NCBI GenBank assembly: GCA_018260615.1
Contig: JAGWDQ010000087.1
Location: forward strand, 1 to 45,195
Source: Candidatus Altarchaeum sp.
Lineage (GTDB): Archaea > Altiarchaeota > Altiarchaeia > Altiarchaeales > Altiarchaeaceae
Length of the DNA stretch: 45,195 nucleotides
Direction: 5' to 3'
The translations under genes and the position numbers were made by a program. The notes under the pieces were generated by a model. That model searched no databases. It had not been told where the DNA came from and worked only from the letters and a program-made list of their open reading frames with translations. The number at the start of each line of letters is the position of its first letter. The first letter of the stretch is position 1. This document shows, piece by piece, positions 18,377-26,868 of this stretch.

Positions 18377-19308
18377 AATATTTACTATTTATTTCTTTTA
18401 ACAACGGTTTAAAACACAATGCTGTTTATGAAAACCTTGCTATTCTACACGAAAGCATAGAACAACTTGTTGAAGAAGAAAAATTAAACTTAAAGAAAGA
18501 GAAATTACCATCTTTTTCTGAATTAGAAAATCATTTCAAAAACGAAGAGGATTTTTTTCGCCCATTATCTAATGGAACTTGGTTACATATACAAGAATTG
18601 TCAGGGAGAAATTATATCAGAGATGAAATGTGCCAGGAAGAATTAGTTTTAGAATCTACTACCCTTTGGGATTTTCCCACCCAAAATTACGGAGACAAAC
18701 CCCACGGCAACAACAAATACAACGGAGTAACTCCCGCCTTTATCATTTGGAATTTATTGCAACGCTACACAAAAGAGAATGATTTGGTAATTGACCCGAT
18801 GTGCGGCAGCGGAACAACCATTGATGTTGCCAAAGAACTAAACCGAAAAGTTATTGGCTACGACATAAATGTTGTGAGACAAGATGTAATAAAAAATGAC
18901 TCAAGAAAAATTCCGCTTGCAGATAGTATTGTTGATTTTGTTTTCATTGACTCGCCGTATTCCGACAACATAAAATATTCTGATGACAAAAACTGCATTG
19001 GGAAAATTTCTTGTGAAAAGACAGAGTTTTATGACGAGTTAGAAAAGGTCGCAAAAGAAATTTACAGAATACTAAAGCCAGGTAAAGTAATGGCGTGGCT
19101 CATTGGCGACCAATGGCTCAAAAAGAAATTTACACCAACAGGATTTTTACTCTATCAGCGATTAGAAAAATATTTTGAGCCAATAGACACTATTTGCGTA
19201 ACACGGCACAATCAAACATCAAACACTGGACTTTGGCACGACCGAGCAAGGCGATATAATTTTTATCTCAGGGGTTTCAAATATTTATTCATAATGAGGA
19301 AAATTTAA
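18373..19308 (+). CDS. Second amino-DNA methyltransferase with an ~90-aa N-terminal extension
   Basis: TTLWDF, DPMCGSGTT (motif I), FIDSPY (motif IV variant), LKPGK. Confidence 0.8.
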   Translation: MKYLLFISFNNGLKHNAVYENLAILHESIEQLVEEEKLNLKKEKLPSFSELENHFKNEEDFFRPLSNGTWLHIQELSGRNYIRDEMCQEELVLESTTLWDFPTQNYGDKPHGNNKYNGVTPAFIIWNLLQRYTKENDLVIDPMCGSGTTIDVAKELNRKVIGYDINVVRQDVIKNDSRKIPLADSIVDFVFIDSPYSDNIKYSDDKNCIGKISCEKTEFYDELEKVAKEIYRILKPGKVMAWLIGDQWLKKKFTPTGFLLYQRLEKYFEPIDTICVTRHNQTSNTGLWHDRARRYNFYLRGFKYLFIMRKI

Positions 19309-19325
19309 AATAACTCAGCGATAAG

Positions 19326-20369
19326 ATGGACCGAAAACTTGCATCAATACAAAAAATAGAGGCCATAAAACCAATTCCTGACGCCGACAAAATTGAAATG
19401 GCAAGAGTCCTGGGTTGGGAATGTGTTGTAGAAAAAGGAAAATATAAATCCGGCGATTTGGTAATTTATTTTGAAGTTGATTCACTGATTCCAAGGGTCT
19501 TCTGGTCGGAATTTCTTTTCAAAAACACAGACAAACAGGAATATCGGCTAAGGACAATGACATTCAGAGGACAAATTAGTCAGGGCCTTATAGTTCCTTT
19601 TTCAATATTAGACGAAATACTTCATGAAAATTTAAAAGATGAGGCAATTCATTTTGAGCGGAATATCGGAACGGATGTTTCCGCCTTATTGAAAATAAAA
19701 AAATATGAACCCGTGATTCCGGCAGTTATCAGTGGAGAGGCCGTTGGATTGCTCCCTTCTTATATTCCTAAAACAGATGAGATGCGTATCCAGTCCTTTC
19801 CAGATGTGTTAAAGGAAATAGACGGAGAAGAGGTCTATATCACAACAAAACTTGACGGGACGAGCATGACTACGTATTTTTTTGAAGGTCATTTCGGTGT
19901 CTGCAGCAGAAATCTCGAATTAAAAGAAAACGCCCGGAATACTTTATGGAATATTGTTAAGGACTATAACTTAAAAGAAAAACTTTGTTCATTAACCGGA
20001 TGTTTCGCAATTCAGGGAGAAGCGGTTGGACCCGGCATAGCAAAAAATCATCTTAATCTTAAAAAACACGGCTGGTTTGTTTTTAGTGTGTTTAATATTA
20101 AAGAAGGTATATATTTAGATTACTTGTCATTAATTAAATTTTGCAGGGATTTGGAATTACCAACCGTGCCTGTTGAAGAAATTACAATAGCGAAGGACTG
20201 GAGTGTTGAACAATTGCTTGAAAGAGCAAAGGGCTTATACGAGGGAACAACCCACCAAAAAGAAGGAATCGTGCTCAGACCCGTCCTGGAAAAATATTCA
20301 CAAACATTAAAGGGAAGAATGTCTTTTAAAGTAATAAACAACGATTATTTGCTTTCAACAGGCAATTAG
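19326..20369 (+). CDS. ATP-dependent RNA ligase, Rnl2/DRB0094-like family
   Basis: N-terminal RKLASIQKI...IPDADKIE...GWECVV domain; adenylation motif TKLDGTS; QGEAVG; EGIV; SFKVINNDYLL. Confidence 0.9.
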   Translation: MDRKLASIQKIEAIKPIPDADKIEMARVLGWECVVEKGKYKSGDLVIYFEVDSLIPRVFWSEFLFKNTDKQEYRLRTMTFRGQISQGLIVPFSILDEILHENLKDEAIHFERNIGTDVSALLKIKKYEPVIPAVISGEAVGLLPSYIPKTDEMRIQSFPDVLKEIDGEEVYITTKLDGTSMTTYFFEGHFGVCSRNLELKENARNTLWNIVKDYNLKEKLCSLTGCFAIQGEAVGPGIAKNHLNLKKHGWFVFSVFNIKEGIYLDYLSLIKFCRDLELPTVPVEEITIAKDWSVEQLLERAKGLYEGTTHQKEGIVLRPVLEKYSQTLKGRMSFKVINNDYLLSTGN

Positions 20370-20407
20370 TTTTAGCTGTTTATAAGGGAAAAATTTAAAA
20401 ATCAACG

Positions 20408-20442
20408 ATGAACCAAAATTTCATGATTGATAAAAATTTAAT
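20408..20442 (+). repeat. Direct-repeat copy of the first 35 bp of rsmA (21924-21958)
   Basis: atgaaccaaaatttcatga(t/c)tgataaaaatttaat, 34/35 identical. Confidence 0.9.
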
Positions 20443-20672
20443 GCAGAAAACTTAAAATTTAAATAATTGAAGGTCAACTTATAACCTTTTAAAAGTTTAT
20501 AGATGGAAGGCAGGGAAGATATAATCCATAGATAAAAATAAGGGAATGAAGGAACAAATGTACTTATTTAGTTTTTAAATTGAAATTATATTTACAAAAA
20601 AATTAAATATGTAAGCATTAATTAATAAAATCAAAATGGAAGGCGGCAGAGCATGGGTATAACCTGTGGGGG

Positions 20673-21830
20673 ATGGCAAAAAATAATATGAAAAAAACAG
20701 CATTTATGGCACATAGTTTTGAGGATGATGAATCTGTGAAAAAAGTTATAAATAGCTTTAAAAATATTTTTAGTTGTTATTTTGATATTATTACCTGTGA
20801 AGAACCAAGTTCAGATAAATCCATTTCTGAGAAGGTTAGAAATATGATAAAAAAGCAAGAAGTGTTTATAGGGATTATAACAAAAAGAAAAAATAGCGAA
20901 TGGAACACATCTGCGTGGGTTCTAACCGAAGCGACAATAGCAGTGGATTTTAACAAACCCATCTTACTCTTGGTTGAGAAAGATATAAAAGAAAACGATA
21001 TTGGAATAATTGGAAAAGTAAGAGAATATATTCATTTTGATCCTAATGATATTTCTGAATGTATCCCTAAAGTTCTTAAAATTCTTAACGATATGAATAA
21101 GACATCTCCTGAAAACAATCTTTGTTTTCCTTACAAATTCAGAGAGGTAATAAACAGAATTACAATATACCCCGATGGAAGAGGAATTTATGATAGAAGG
21201 TGCGTATTAGAGGTGCTTTCTGATGATTTTAAAAAAGTTACTCACGGGATAGGAATAGGTGAGGATACTCCAAAAACCACCGTTTTGCAATCGTGGAGTA
21301 ATCTCAAAACTACAAAAATCTCTGACAGGTTTACAAAGAATCAGTGTTTGTTTTGGAGGATTTTTAAACCACAAAACATTATTTTGGGGGAGAAAGATGT
21401 TTTATATGAAGATGAATGGAAAGATAAAGATGTTTTAAAAGGATTTAATTTTTCTTTTAATTTTGGAAAATTTCCAATCGGAAGTATAATAGAATATTCT
21501 TATGGACTCTCTTGTAAAGGCATGTTTCCATGGATTAAGAGGCAGATGGAAAATGGAGAATTGTATAAAGAAAAGACAAACAAGCTTTCCGACTGGATGG
21601 AAGTAAGAAGTGAGGTTGATAAACTTACAATTATTATCCAGTTTGACCATGATTATGGACTAAAAGGAACACCCGAATTGAGAATAACAATGCAGGATGG
21701 AGAAAAAGTAACACACAATTATAAATTTGAGAAAGAAGATTCACTTTTTTACGAAACATATAAAGTAACTATGGGAAGAACAACTCCGGGATTTAAGTAT
21801 GTGGTTGAATGGAAACCCGAAATTTTATAA
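20673..21830 (+). CDS. TIR/nucleoside-deoxyribosyltransferase-like N-terminal domain plus uncharacterised beta-rich C-terminal domain
   Basis: TAFMAHSF, ISEKVRNMIKKQEVFIGIIT, SAWVLTEATIA (putative catalytic Glu), KPILLLVE, REYIHFD; the remaining ~240 aa are not recognised. Confidence 0.7.
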   Translation: MAKNNMKKTAFMAHSFEDDESVKKVINSFKNIFSCYFDIITCEEPSSDKSISEKVRNMIKKQEVFIGIITKRKNSEWNTSAWVLTEATIAVDFNKPILLLVEKDIKENDIGIIGKVREYIHFDPNDISECIPKVLKILNDMNKTSPENNLCFPYKFREVINRITIYPDGRGIYDRRCVLEVLSDDFKKVTHGIGIGEDTPKTTVLQSWSNLKTTKISDRFTKNQCLFWRIFKPQNIILGEKDVLYEDEWKDKDVLKGFNFSFNFGKFPIGSIIEYSYGLSCKGMFPWIKRQMENGELYKEKTNKLSDWMEVRSEVDKLTIIIQFDHDYGLKGTPELRITMQDGEKVTHNYKFEKEDSLFYETYKVTMGRTTPGFKYVVEWKPEIL

Positions 21831-21858
21831 ATTTTTCTAAAAATTTTTTCAGAGTGCT

Positions 21859-21923
21859 TACTCTTACTTCGTTATATCAAAAATCACCTCGCTATCTTTC
21901 GGAGATTTTTCAACAAGTTGAAA
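21859..21923. repeat. Modular palindromic element between the TIR gene and the rsmA start
   Basis: cttacttcgtt...aaaatcacctcgc...ttcggagattttt followed by TTTTCAAC-aa-GTTGAAAA running into the ATG; co-linear with 22643-22712. Confidence 0.75.
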
Positions 21924-22595
21924 ATGAACCAAAATTTCATGACTGATAAAAATTTAATACGAAAAATTTGCGATTATGCTGACCTGAAAGATGATGAAAT
22001 TGTGCTTGAAATCGGTGCAGGAACGGGAAATTTAACCGCCGAATTATCAGAAAGATGCAGGAATGTCATAGCAATAGAAAGAGACGAACGGCTTGTCAAT
22101 TTTCTCATTAAAAGGTTCAAAGACGATTCAAAAGTTAATATAATCAAAGGTGATGCTCTAAAAATTTCATTTCCAAAATTTGACAAAATCGTCGCAAACC
22201 TTCCGTATTCTATATCCCGCAAAATCACCGAAAAATTTTTGACACATAAATTTAGCACGGCGATTCTCGTTGAACAAAAGGAATTTGCAGAAAAGTTGAT
22301 GGCAAAGCCAAAGACGGCAAACTACAGAGCAATATCCGTAATCGTGCAGGCATCATCCGATGTTAAAATTTTGGACTATATTGACAGAAAGGTATTTTTT
22401 CCTGTTCCTGCCGTTGATTCGGTAATTGTTAAAGTCGTTCAAAAATTTCCCGCCGAAGAAAATTTTATAAAATTTGTTAAGGGTATGTTTAACAGGAGAA
22501 ATAAAATTCTGGGAAATTTTGGAAAAAGAATATACGAATTAACTCCCGATGAAATTTTTGAATTGTGGAAAACATCAGAAAATTTATTATACTAA
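21924..22595 (+). CDS. rsmA: 16S rRNA dimethyladenosine transferase KsgA/Dim1
   Basis: QNF, VLEIGAGTGNLT, IAIERD, IKGDAL, VANLPYSIS, FFPVPAVDS. The track TTG at 21918 lies inside the palindrome, so ATG 21924 is preferred. Confidence 0.93.
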   Translation: MNQNFMTDKNLIRKICDYADLKDDEIVLEIGAGTGNLTAELSERCRNVIAIERDERLVNFLIKRFKDDSKVNIIKGDALKISFPKFDKIVANLPYSISRKITEKFLTHKFSTAILVEQKEFAEKLMAKPKTANYRAISVIVQASSDVKILDYIDRKVFFPVPAVDSVIVKVVQKFPAEENFIKFVKGMFNRRNKILGNFGKRIYELTPDEIFELWKTSENLLY

Positions 22596-23165
22596 TAGTA
22601 ATGGTTATGAAATTTTCTTTTTTGAGCACACAGCAAAAAAGATACACTCACTTCGTTCGTGCATTTCAAAATCACCTCACTTCGTTCGGAGATTTTTAAA
22701 CAAGTTTAAAAATGCTTCAAGCATTTTGAAAGATTGAAAAACCCATAGTTTTTCAGTATTTCAAACAAGTTTGAAAAATCATTCAGAAAAGAAAAAAGAA
22801 ATTTTACATCTATAATTTTAGAAAATAGAAAAGGTGGAAAACATCAAAAAATTTATTATACTAATAGTAATGGTTATGAACTTTTCTTTTTTGAGCACAT
22901 AGCACCCTTAGCACACAGCAAAAAAGAAAACATTCAGAAAAGAAAAAAGAAATTTTACATATATAATTTTAGAAAATAGAAAAGGTGGAAAACATCAGAA
23001 AATTTATTATAGTAATGGTTATGAACTTTTCTTTTTTGAGCACATAGCATCCTTATCACCTATAAAAAAAGAAAACATTCAGAAAAGAAAAAAGAAATTT
23101 TACATCTATAATTTTAGAAAATAAAAAAGGTGGAAAACATCAAAAAATTTATTATACTAATAGTA
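22565..23165 (+). repeat. Tandem array of ~145-151-bp units containing the rsmA 3' end (about 4 copies, first and last partial)
   Basis: gtggaaaacatca(g/a)aaaatttattat occurs four times; cattcagaaaagaaaaaagaaattttac at 22780, 22931 and 23076. Confidence 0.9.
22642..22779. mobile_element. Modular palindromic element inserted into the first tandem-repeat unit
   Basis: cactcacttcgttcg and tcacctcacttcgttcggagatttt plus four hairpins; absent at the equivalent site of the next two units (aaaaaagaaaa|cattcag). Confidence 0.65.
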
Positions 23166-23209
23166 ATTTATTCTTTTAATTTAAATTTAACTTAAAATTT
23201 TAGCCAAAA

Positions 23210-23863
23210 ATGTATTATTTAATAACTGCGGAGGACTTTATCCGGGTTCCTGCGGAGCGATTAGGGAAAAATATTGAAAATGTAGTATATTCCGAACTTG
23301 AGAGGGAATTATCAAAAGGGGTCTTTGAAACAGATAGCAATAAAGGCGTAATTGTTGCGATTGAAAAAATAGATCATATTGGAGAAGGTAAGATAATTCC
23401 AGGTGATGGAGGAGTGTATTTTGATGTGAAATTTACTGCTGTTGCAGATGTTCCTGCAAATCTTGAATTTGTCAGAGGGCATGTTAAAAGCATTATGGAG
23501 TTTGGTGTTTTTATTGACATCGGTACATTAGACGGGCTTTGCCACATTTCTCAGGTTTTTGATGATTATGCAAGTTATGATGGCCGAAATAAAATGATAG
23601 TTGGCAAAGAAACAGGAAAAAAACTTATGGTGGGAGATGAGGTCAAAGCAAGAATCAATGCAATAAGCTGGAGAGGTGATGTGCTTAATACCAAAATCGG
23701 TTTAACTATGCGGCAGCCGTATTTGGGAAAGGACGAATGGACAGAGACAGATAAAAAAATACATGAAAAAGAGGAAAAAATGAAAGAAAAGGAAAAGGAA
23801 AGTAAGTCGCAGAAAGAAGATGTGAAAAAAGGAAAAGACGAAAAGAAGGACAAGAAAAAATAA
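23210..23863 (+). CDS. rpoE1: DNA-directed RNA polymerase subunit E' (Rpo7)
   Basis: IIPGDGGVY, FGVFIDIGTLDGLCHISQV, KIGLTMRQPYLGK; Lys-rich tail. Confidence 0.95.
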   Translation: MYYLITAEDFIRVPAERLGKNIENVVYSELERELSKGVFETDSNKGVIVAIEKIDHIGEGKIIPGDGGVYFDVKFTAVADVPANLEFVRGHVKSIMEFGVFIDIGTLDGLCHISQVFDDYASYDGRNKMIVGKETGKKLMVGDEVKARINAISWRGDVLNTKIGLTMRQPYLGKDEWTETDKKIHEKEEKMKEKEKESKSQKEDVKKGKDEKKDKKK

Positions 23864-23905
23864 TAAATAAAAAAGAGAAAAACAACTCCGAAAATTTATT
23901 AAATT

Positions 23906-23940
23906 TAAAATGAGCGAAGGCAGAGCGTGCAGGAATGTTT
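23906..23940 (+). repeat. Frameshifted copy of the spt4 5' end (24058-24093), 152 bp upstream
   Basis: taaaatgagcgaaggcagagcgtgcaggaa is identical for 30 bp, then a 1-nt deletion. Confidence 0.9.
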
Positions 23941-24061
23941 GCACTTTTCTTTCTTTAAAAAAGAAAGAAAACACGCCGAAAAGAAAGAAAAAGTAATCTC
24001 TACAATAAATTTAATCTTACAATTCTTACAATAATACCATAAATTTAACAAATCAGATAAA

Positions 24062-24268
24062 ATGAGCGAAGGCAGAGCGTGCAGGAAATGTTTTATGATG
24101 TATGACGATAATGTAAAAAGATGTCCTGTTTGTAAAATTCCGACAAGTGAAACACACAGCGGGTTTGTAGGAATTACAAATCCGGAAAAATCAGAGGTTG
24201 CAAAGAAGATTGAGGAAAGAACTAATACGAAGGTTTTAAGCGGAAGATATGCGCTGATTGTCAGGTAA
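24062..24268 (+). CDS. spt4: Transcription elongation factor Spt4 (RpoE'')
   Basis: Zn ribbon RACRKC...CPVC; PEKSEVAKK; GRYALIVR; downstream of rpoE1. Confidence 0.93.
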   Translation: MSEGRACRKCFMMYDDNVKRCPVCKIPTSETHSGFVGITNPEKSEVAKKIEERTNTKVLSGRYALIVR

Positions 24269-24269
24269 T

Positions 24270-24560
24270 TTTTAAAACGCATTTTCAAAACGCGAAGTTT
24301 TGAAAATCTCCGAGCAGGAGCGAGGTGAGAGTTTTAAAAATATCCGTGCAATATCAAAAATGCTTCAAGCATTTTCAAATCGTAGAGATTTGAAATACTG
24401 AAAATCTGCAAGATTTTCAATCTTACAAAATGTTCTAAACATTTTGTAAATCTCCGAACGAAGTGAGGTGATTTTTGAATGTCCTAAAAACCTTGAAGGT
24501 TTTTACGATAGTAAAAATGCTACGAGCATTTTTAGTATCCCAAAAATCTTGTAGATTTTT
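24270..24560. repeat. Largest modular palindromic array: eight short hairpins plus two conserved CACCTC..TCGGAGATTTT modules (reverse orientation)
   Basis: e.g. ATTTTCAAAAC-gcgaa-GTTTTGAAAAT (24281-24307), AAAATGCT-tca-AGCATTTT, TGAAAATCT-gca-AGATTTTCA, TTACAAAATGT-tctaa-ACATTTTGTAA, TAAAAACCT-tga-AGGTTTTTA. Confidence 0.9.
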
Positions 24561-24605
24561 ACGACAGCGAAATTATTTTAAATTTTTAATTTTTCAACTC
24601 AAACC

Positions 24606-26558
24606 ATGAGCGAAAGTCCTGTTATGTTTAAATCGGACTATGTAGTATGGAAAGCGGAGTATTTAATCACAAACGGACTTGGCGGATATGCTTCATCAAC
24701 AATTTTAAATTTAAACACGCGAAAATATCACGGATTGCTTGTCGCAAAGCACAATAATGAGAGATATGTTGTATTTTCATGTATTGATGAAAGGATAGAA
24801 ACTGACGGGAAAATTTATGAACTTGGGACTCATCACTATAAGAAGGATTATGATGCGAACAAAGAAGATATATTTCATCCGCAGGGGTTTAAATTTCCCG
24901 TTAAAAGTGATATTTCTCCGTTTCCGAAATTTTATTATCATATTGAAGATGAAGGTGTTGCGGTTGAAAAGGAAATTTTAATGCCTCATGGAAAAAATGC
25001 AGTTCTCGTTCATTATAAAATTAAAAATAAGTGTTCTCACCCTCGCAGTATAAAATTTTTTCTCTCGCCTCTGCTGAATATGAGAAATTTTCACAAAAAT
25101 TTACATTTATCTGATTTAAATGAAAACTTCATGACTGATGTCTCTGAAAATCAAAAACATGTTTTAGCTGGGCATAAAAATTTAAAGCTCAAATTTACAT
25201 CGGAATTAAACTTCTTAAAGAAAGAACACATATTATGGAACACATTTTACAGGGAAGAAAAAGAGCGCGGCTATGATTGTTTTGAGGATTTATATTGTCC
25301 GGGATATTTCTTTGATAAATTTAATGAAGGAGAAAAAGAGATTACAATCATAGCAACAACAGATGAAAATATAAAAATTGAAGAACTAAATTATGAAACA
25401 ATCAGAAGCAATGAAATTCTGCGTATAAAAAATCTGGCAAATTTAACCCGGAACAAAGGAGACAAAATTTTTCAAAACCTTTCAATATTAGCAGATAAAT
25501 TTATAATTAAACATACGGATGGTTATGGAATAATTGCCGGTTATCACTGGTTTGATGAATGGGGCAGAGACACGATGCTCTCAATTCCGGGATTATGCCT
25601 GACAACAGGACGGTATGAAATTGCAAAAGATATAATAAAGAGATGGTTAAATTTTCTCAAAGACGGATTAATTCCAAATTTTATTCCGGTAAATTATCCT
25701 TTTGAATGTCCGAACAATTCAAGTGACGCATCACTTTGGCTTTTTAATGCGGTATATCATTACTACATTTATACAAAAGATGTAAAATTTATTGAAGAAA
25801 TCCATCAAAAATTGTGCGAAATCACTGAAGGTTATATTCATGGAAATTCTACATGTAAAATGGATGCCGACTGCTTAATTATTTCAAATCCGCAAACAAC
25901 ATGGATGGATACGAAATGGACAAAGCGGGAAGGAAAATGTGTTGAGATAAATGCCTTGTGGTTTAATGCGTTAAGTATATTGAAATTTTTCGGAAAATTG
26001 CTTAATAAAAAATTTATCTACGAAGAAATTTTAGAGAATGTGAAGAGAAATTTTGAAATTTTCTGGAATGTAGAAAAGCAATGTCTTTATGATGTAATTT
26101 CTGATAATAAGATGGATGAATCCATAAGACCAAACCAGATTTTTGCAACAGGTCTGCCTTTTAATGTTATTGACAATGAAAGAGGAAGAAAAATTTTCAA
26201 TGTGGTTTTTGAGGAGTTATATACTCCTTATGGATTGAGGACATTAAGTAAGAAAGATGAGAATTACATAGGAATTTATGAAGGAAATGAAGAAAACAGG
26301 GATAAGGCATATCATAACGGAACCGTATGGCCGTTTTTGACGGGAAGTTTTATAGATGCATATCTAAAGATAAATAATTATTCAGTTGAAAGCAAGCAGA
26401 ACGCAATGAAATTTTTAACTCCTCTTTTGGAATATTCCGAAAAATTTGGAACAATTCCGGAAATTTTTGACGGCGATTTTCCTCATAACCCGAGGGGATG
26501 TATTGCACAGGCGTGGAGCGTTGCAGAGATTTTAAGAGCGTATTCTTTGCTGATTTAA
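24606..26558 (+). CDS. Glycogen debranching enzyme (amylo-alpha-1,6-glucosidase), archaeal type
   Basis: EYLITNGLGGYASST, TRKYHGLL, IIAGYHWFDEWGRDTM, RPNQIF, YHNGTVWP, RGCIAQAWSVAE. Confidence 0.95.
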   Translation: MSESPVMFKSDYVVWKAEYLITNGLGGYASSTILNLNTRKYHGLLVAKHNNERYVVFSCIDERIETDGKIYELGTHHYKKDYDANKEDIFHPQGFKFPVKSDISPFPKFYYHIEDEGVAVEKEILMPHGKNAVLVHYKIKNKCSHPRSIKFFLSPLLNMRNFHKNLHLSDLNENFMTDVSENQKHVLAGHKNLKLKFTSELNFLKKEHILWNTFYREEKERGYDCFEDLYCPGYFFDKFNEGEKEITIIATTDENIKIEELNYETIRSNEILRIKNLANLTRNKGDKIFQNLSILADKFIIKHTDGYGIIAGYHWFDEWGRDTMLSIPGLCLTTGRYEIAKDIIKRWLNFLKDGLIPNFIPVNYPFECPNNSSDASLWLFNAVYHYYIYTKDVKFIEEIHQKLCEITEGYIHGNSTCKMDADCLIISNPQTTWMDTKWTKREGKCVEINALWFNALSILKFFGKLLNKKFIYEEILENVKRNFEIFWNVEKQCLYDVISDNKMDESIRPNQIFATGLPFNVIDNERGRKIFNVVFEELYTPYGLRTLSKKDENYIGIYEGNEENRDKAYHNGTVWPFLTGSFIDAYLKINNYSVESKQNAMKFLTPLLEYSEKFGTIPEIFDGDFPHNPRGCIAQAWSVAEILRAYSLLI

Positions 26559-26586
26559 AACTTACCAACTCTGTCGGTAGGTTTTT
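26557..26586 (+). terminator. Possible stem-loop plus T-run terminator
   Basis: AAAACTTACC-aactctgtc-GGTAGGTTTT (one G:U pair) directly at the stop codon. Confidence 0.35.
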
Positions 26587-26679
26587 ATTTAACTTACCGA
26601 TGAACCAATGGATTTGTAGAAAACAATTATTAGAATATACAGAAAAATTTAAAAAAATCAGAAGAATACTCACACAATA

Positions 26680-26772
26680 ACCTCGCTGTTCACCTCGCTG
26701 TTGCTCGGAGATTTTCAAAACTTCGCGTTTTGAAAATGCTCGGAGATTTTCAAAACCTTTGGGTTTTGAAAA
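26680..26772. repeat. Modular palindromic element; 26690-26739 is a 48/50 inverted repeat of 24279-24328
   Basis: tcacctcgctgttgctcggagattttcaaaacttcgcgttttgaaaatgc, then a second gctcggagattttcaaaac..gttttgaaaa unit. Confidence 0.85.
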
Positions 26773-26868
26773 AGCCACAAAGTCACCAGGTTACAGAATA
26801 TAACTCCTTTGTGTCTCTGTGTCTTGGTGTGAGGGACCAAAAATAAAACGAACTTTCCCGTACTATAA

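Noticed and set aside
22565-23165. CRISPR array
   Set aside because: The conserved part is >100 bp, the variable segments are related to each other rather than unique spacers, and no cas genes are present.
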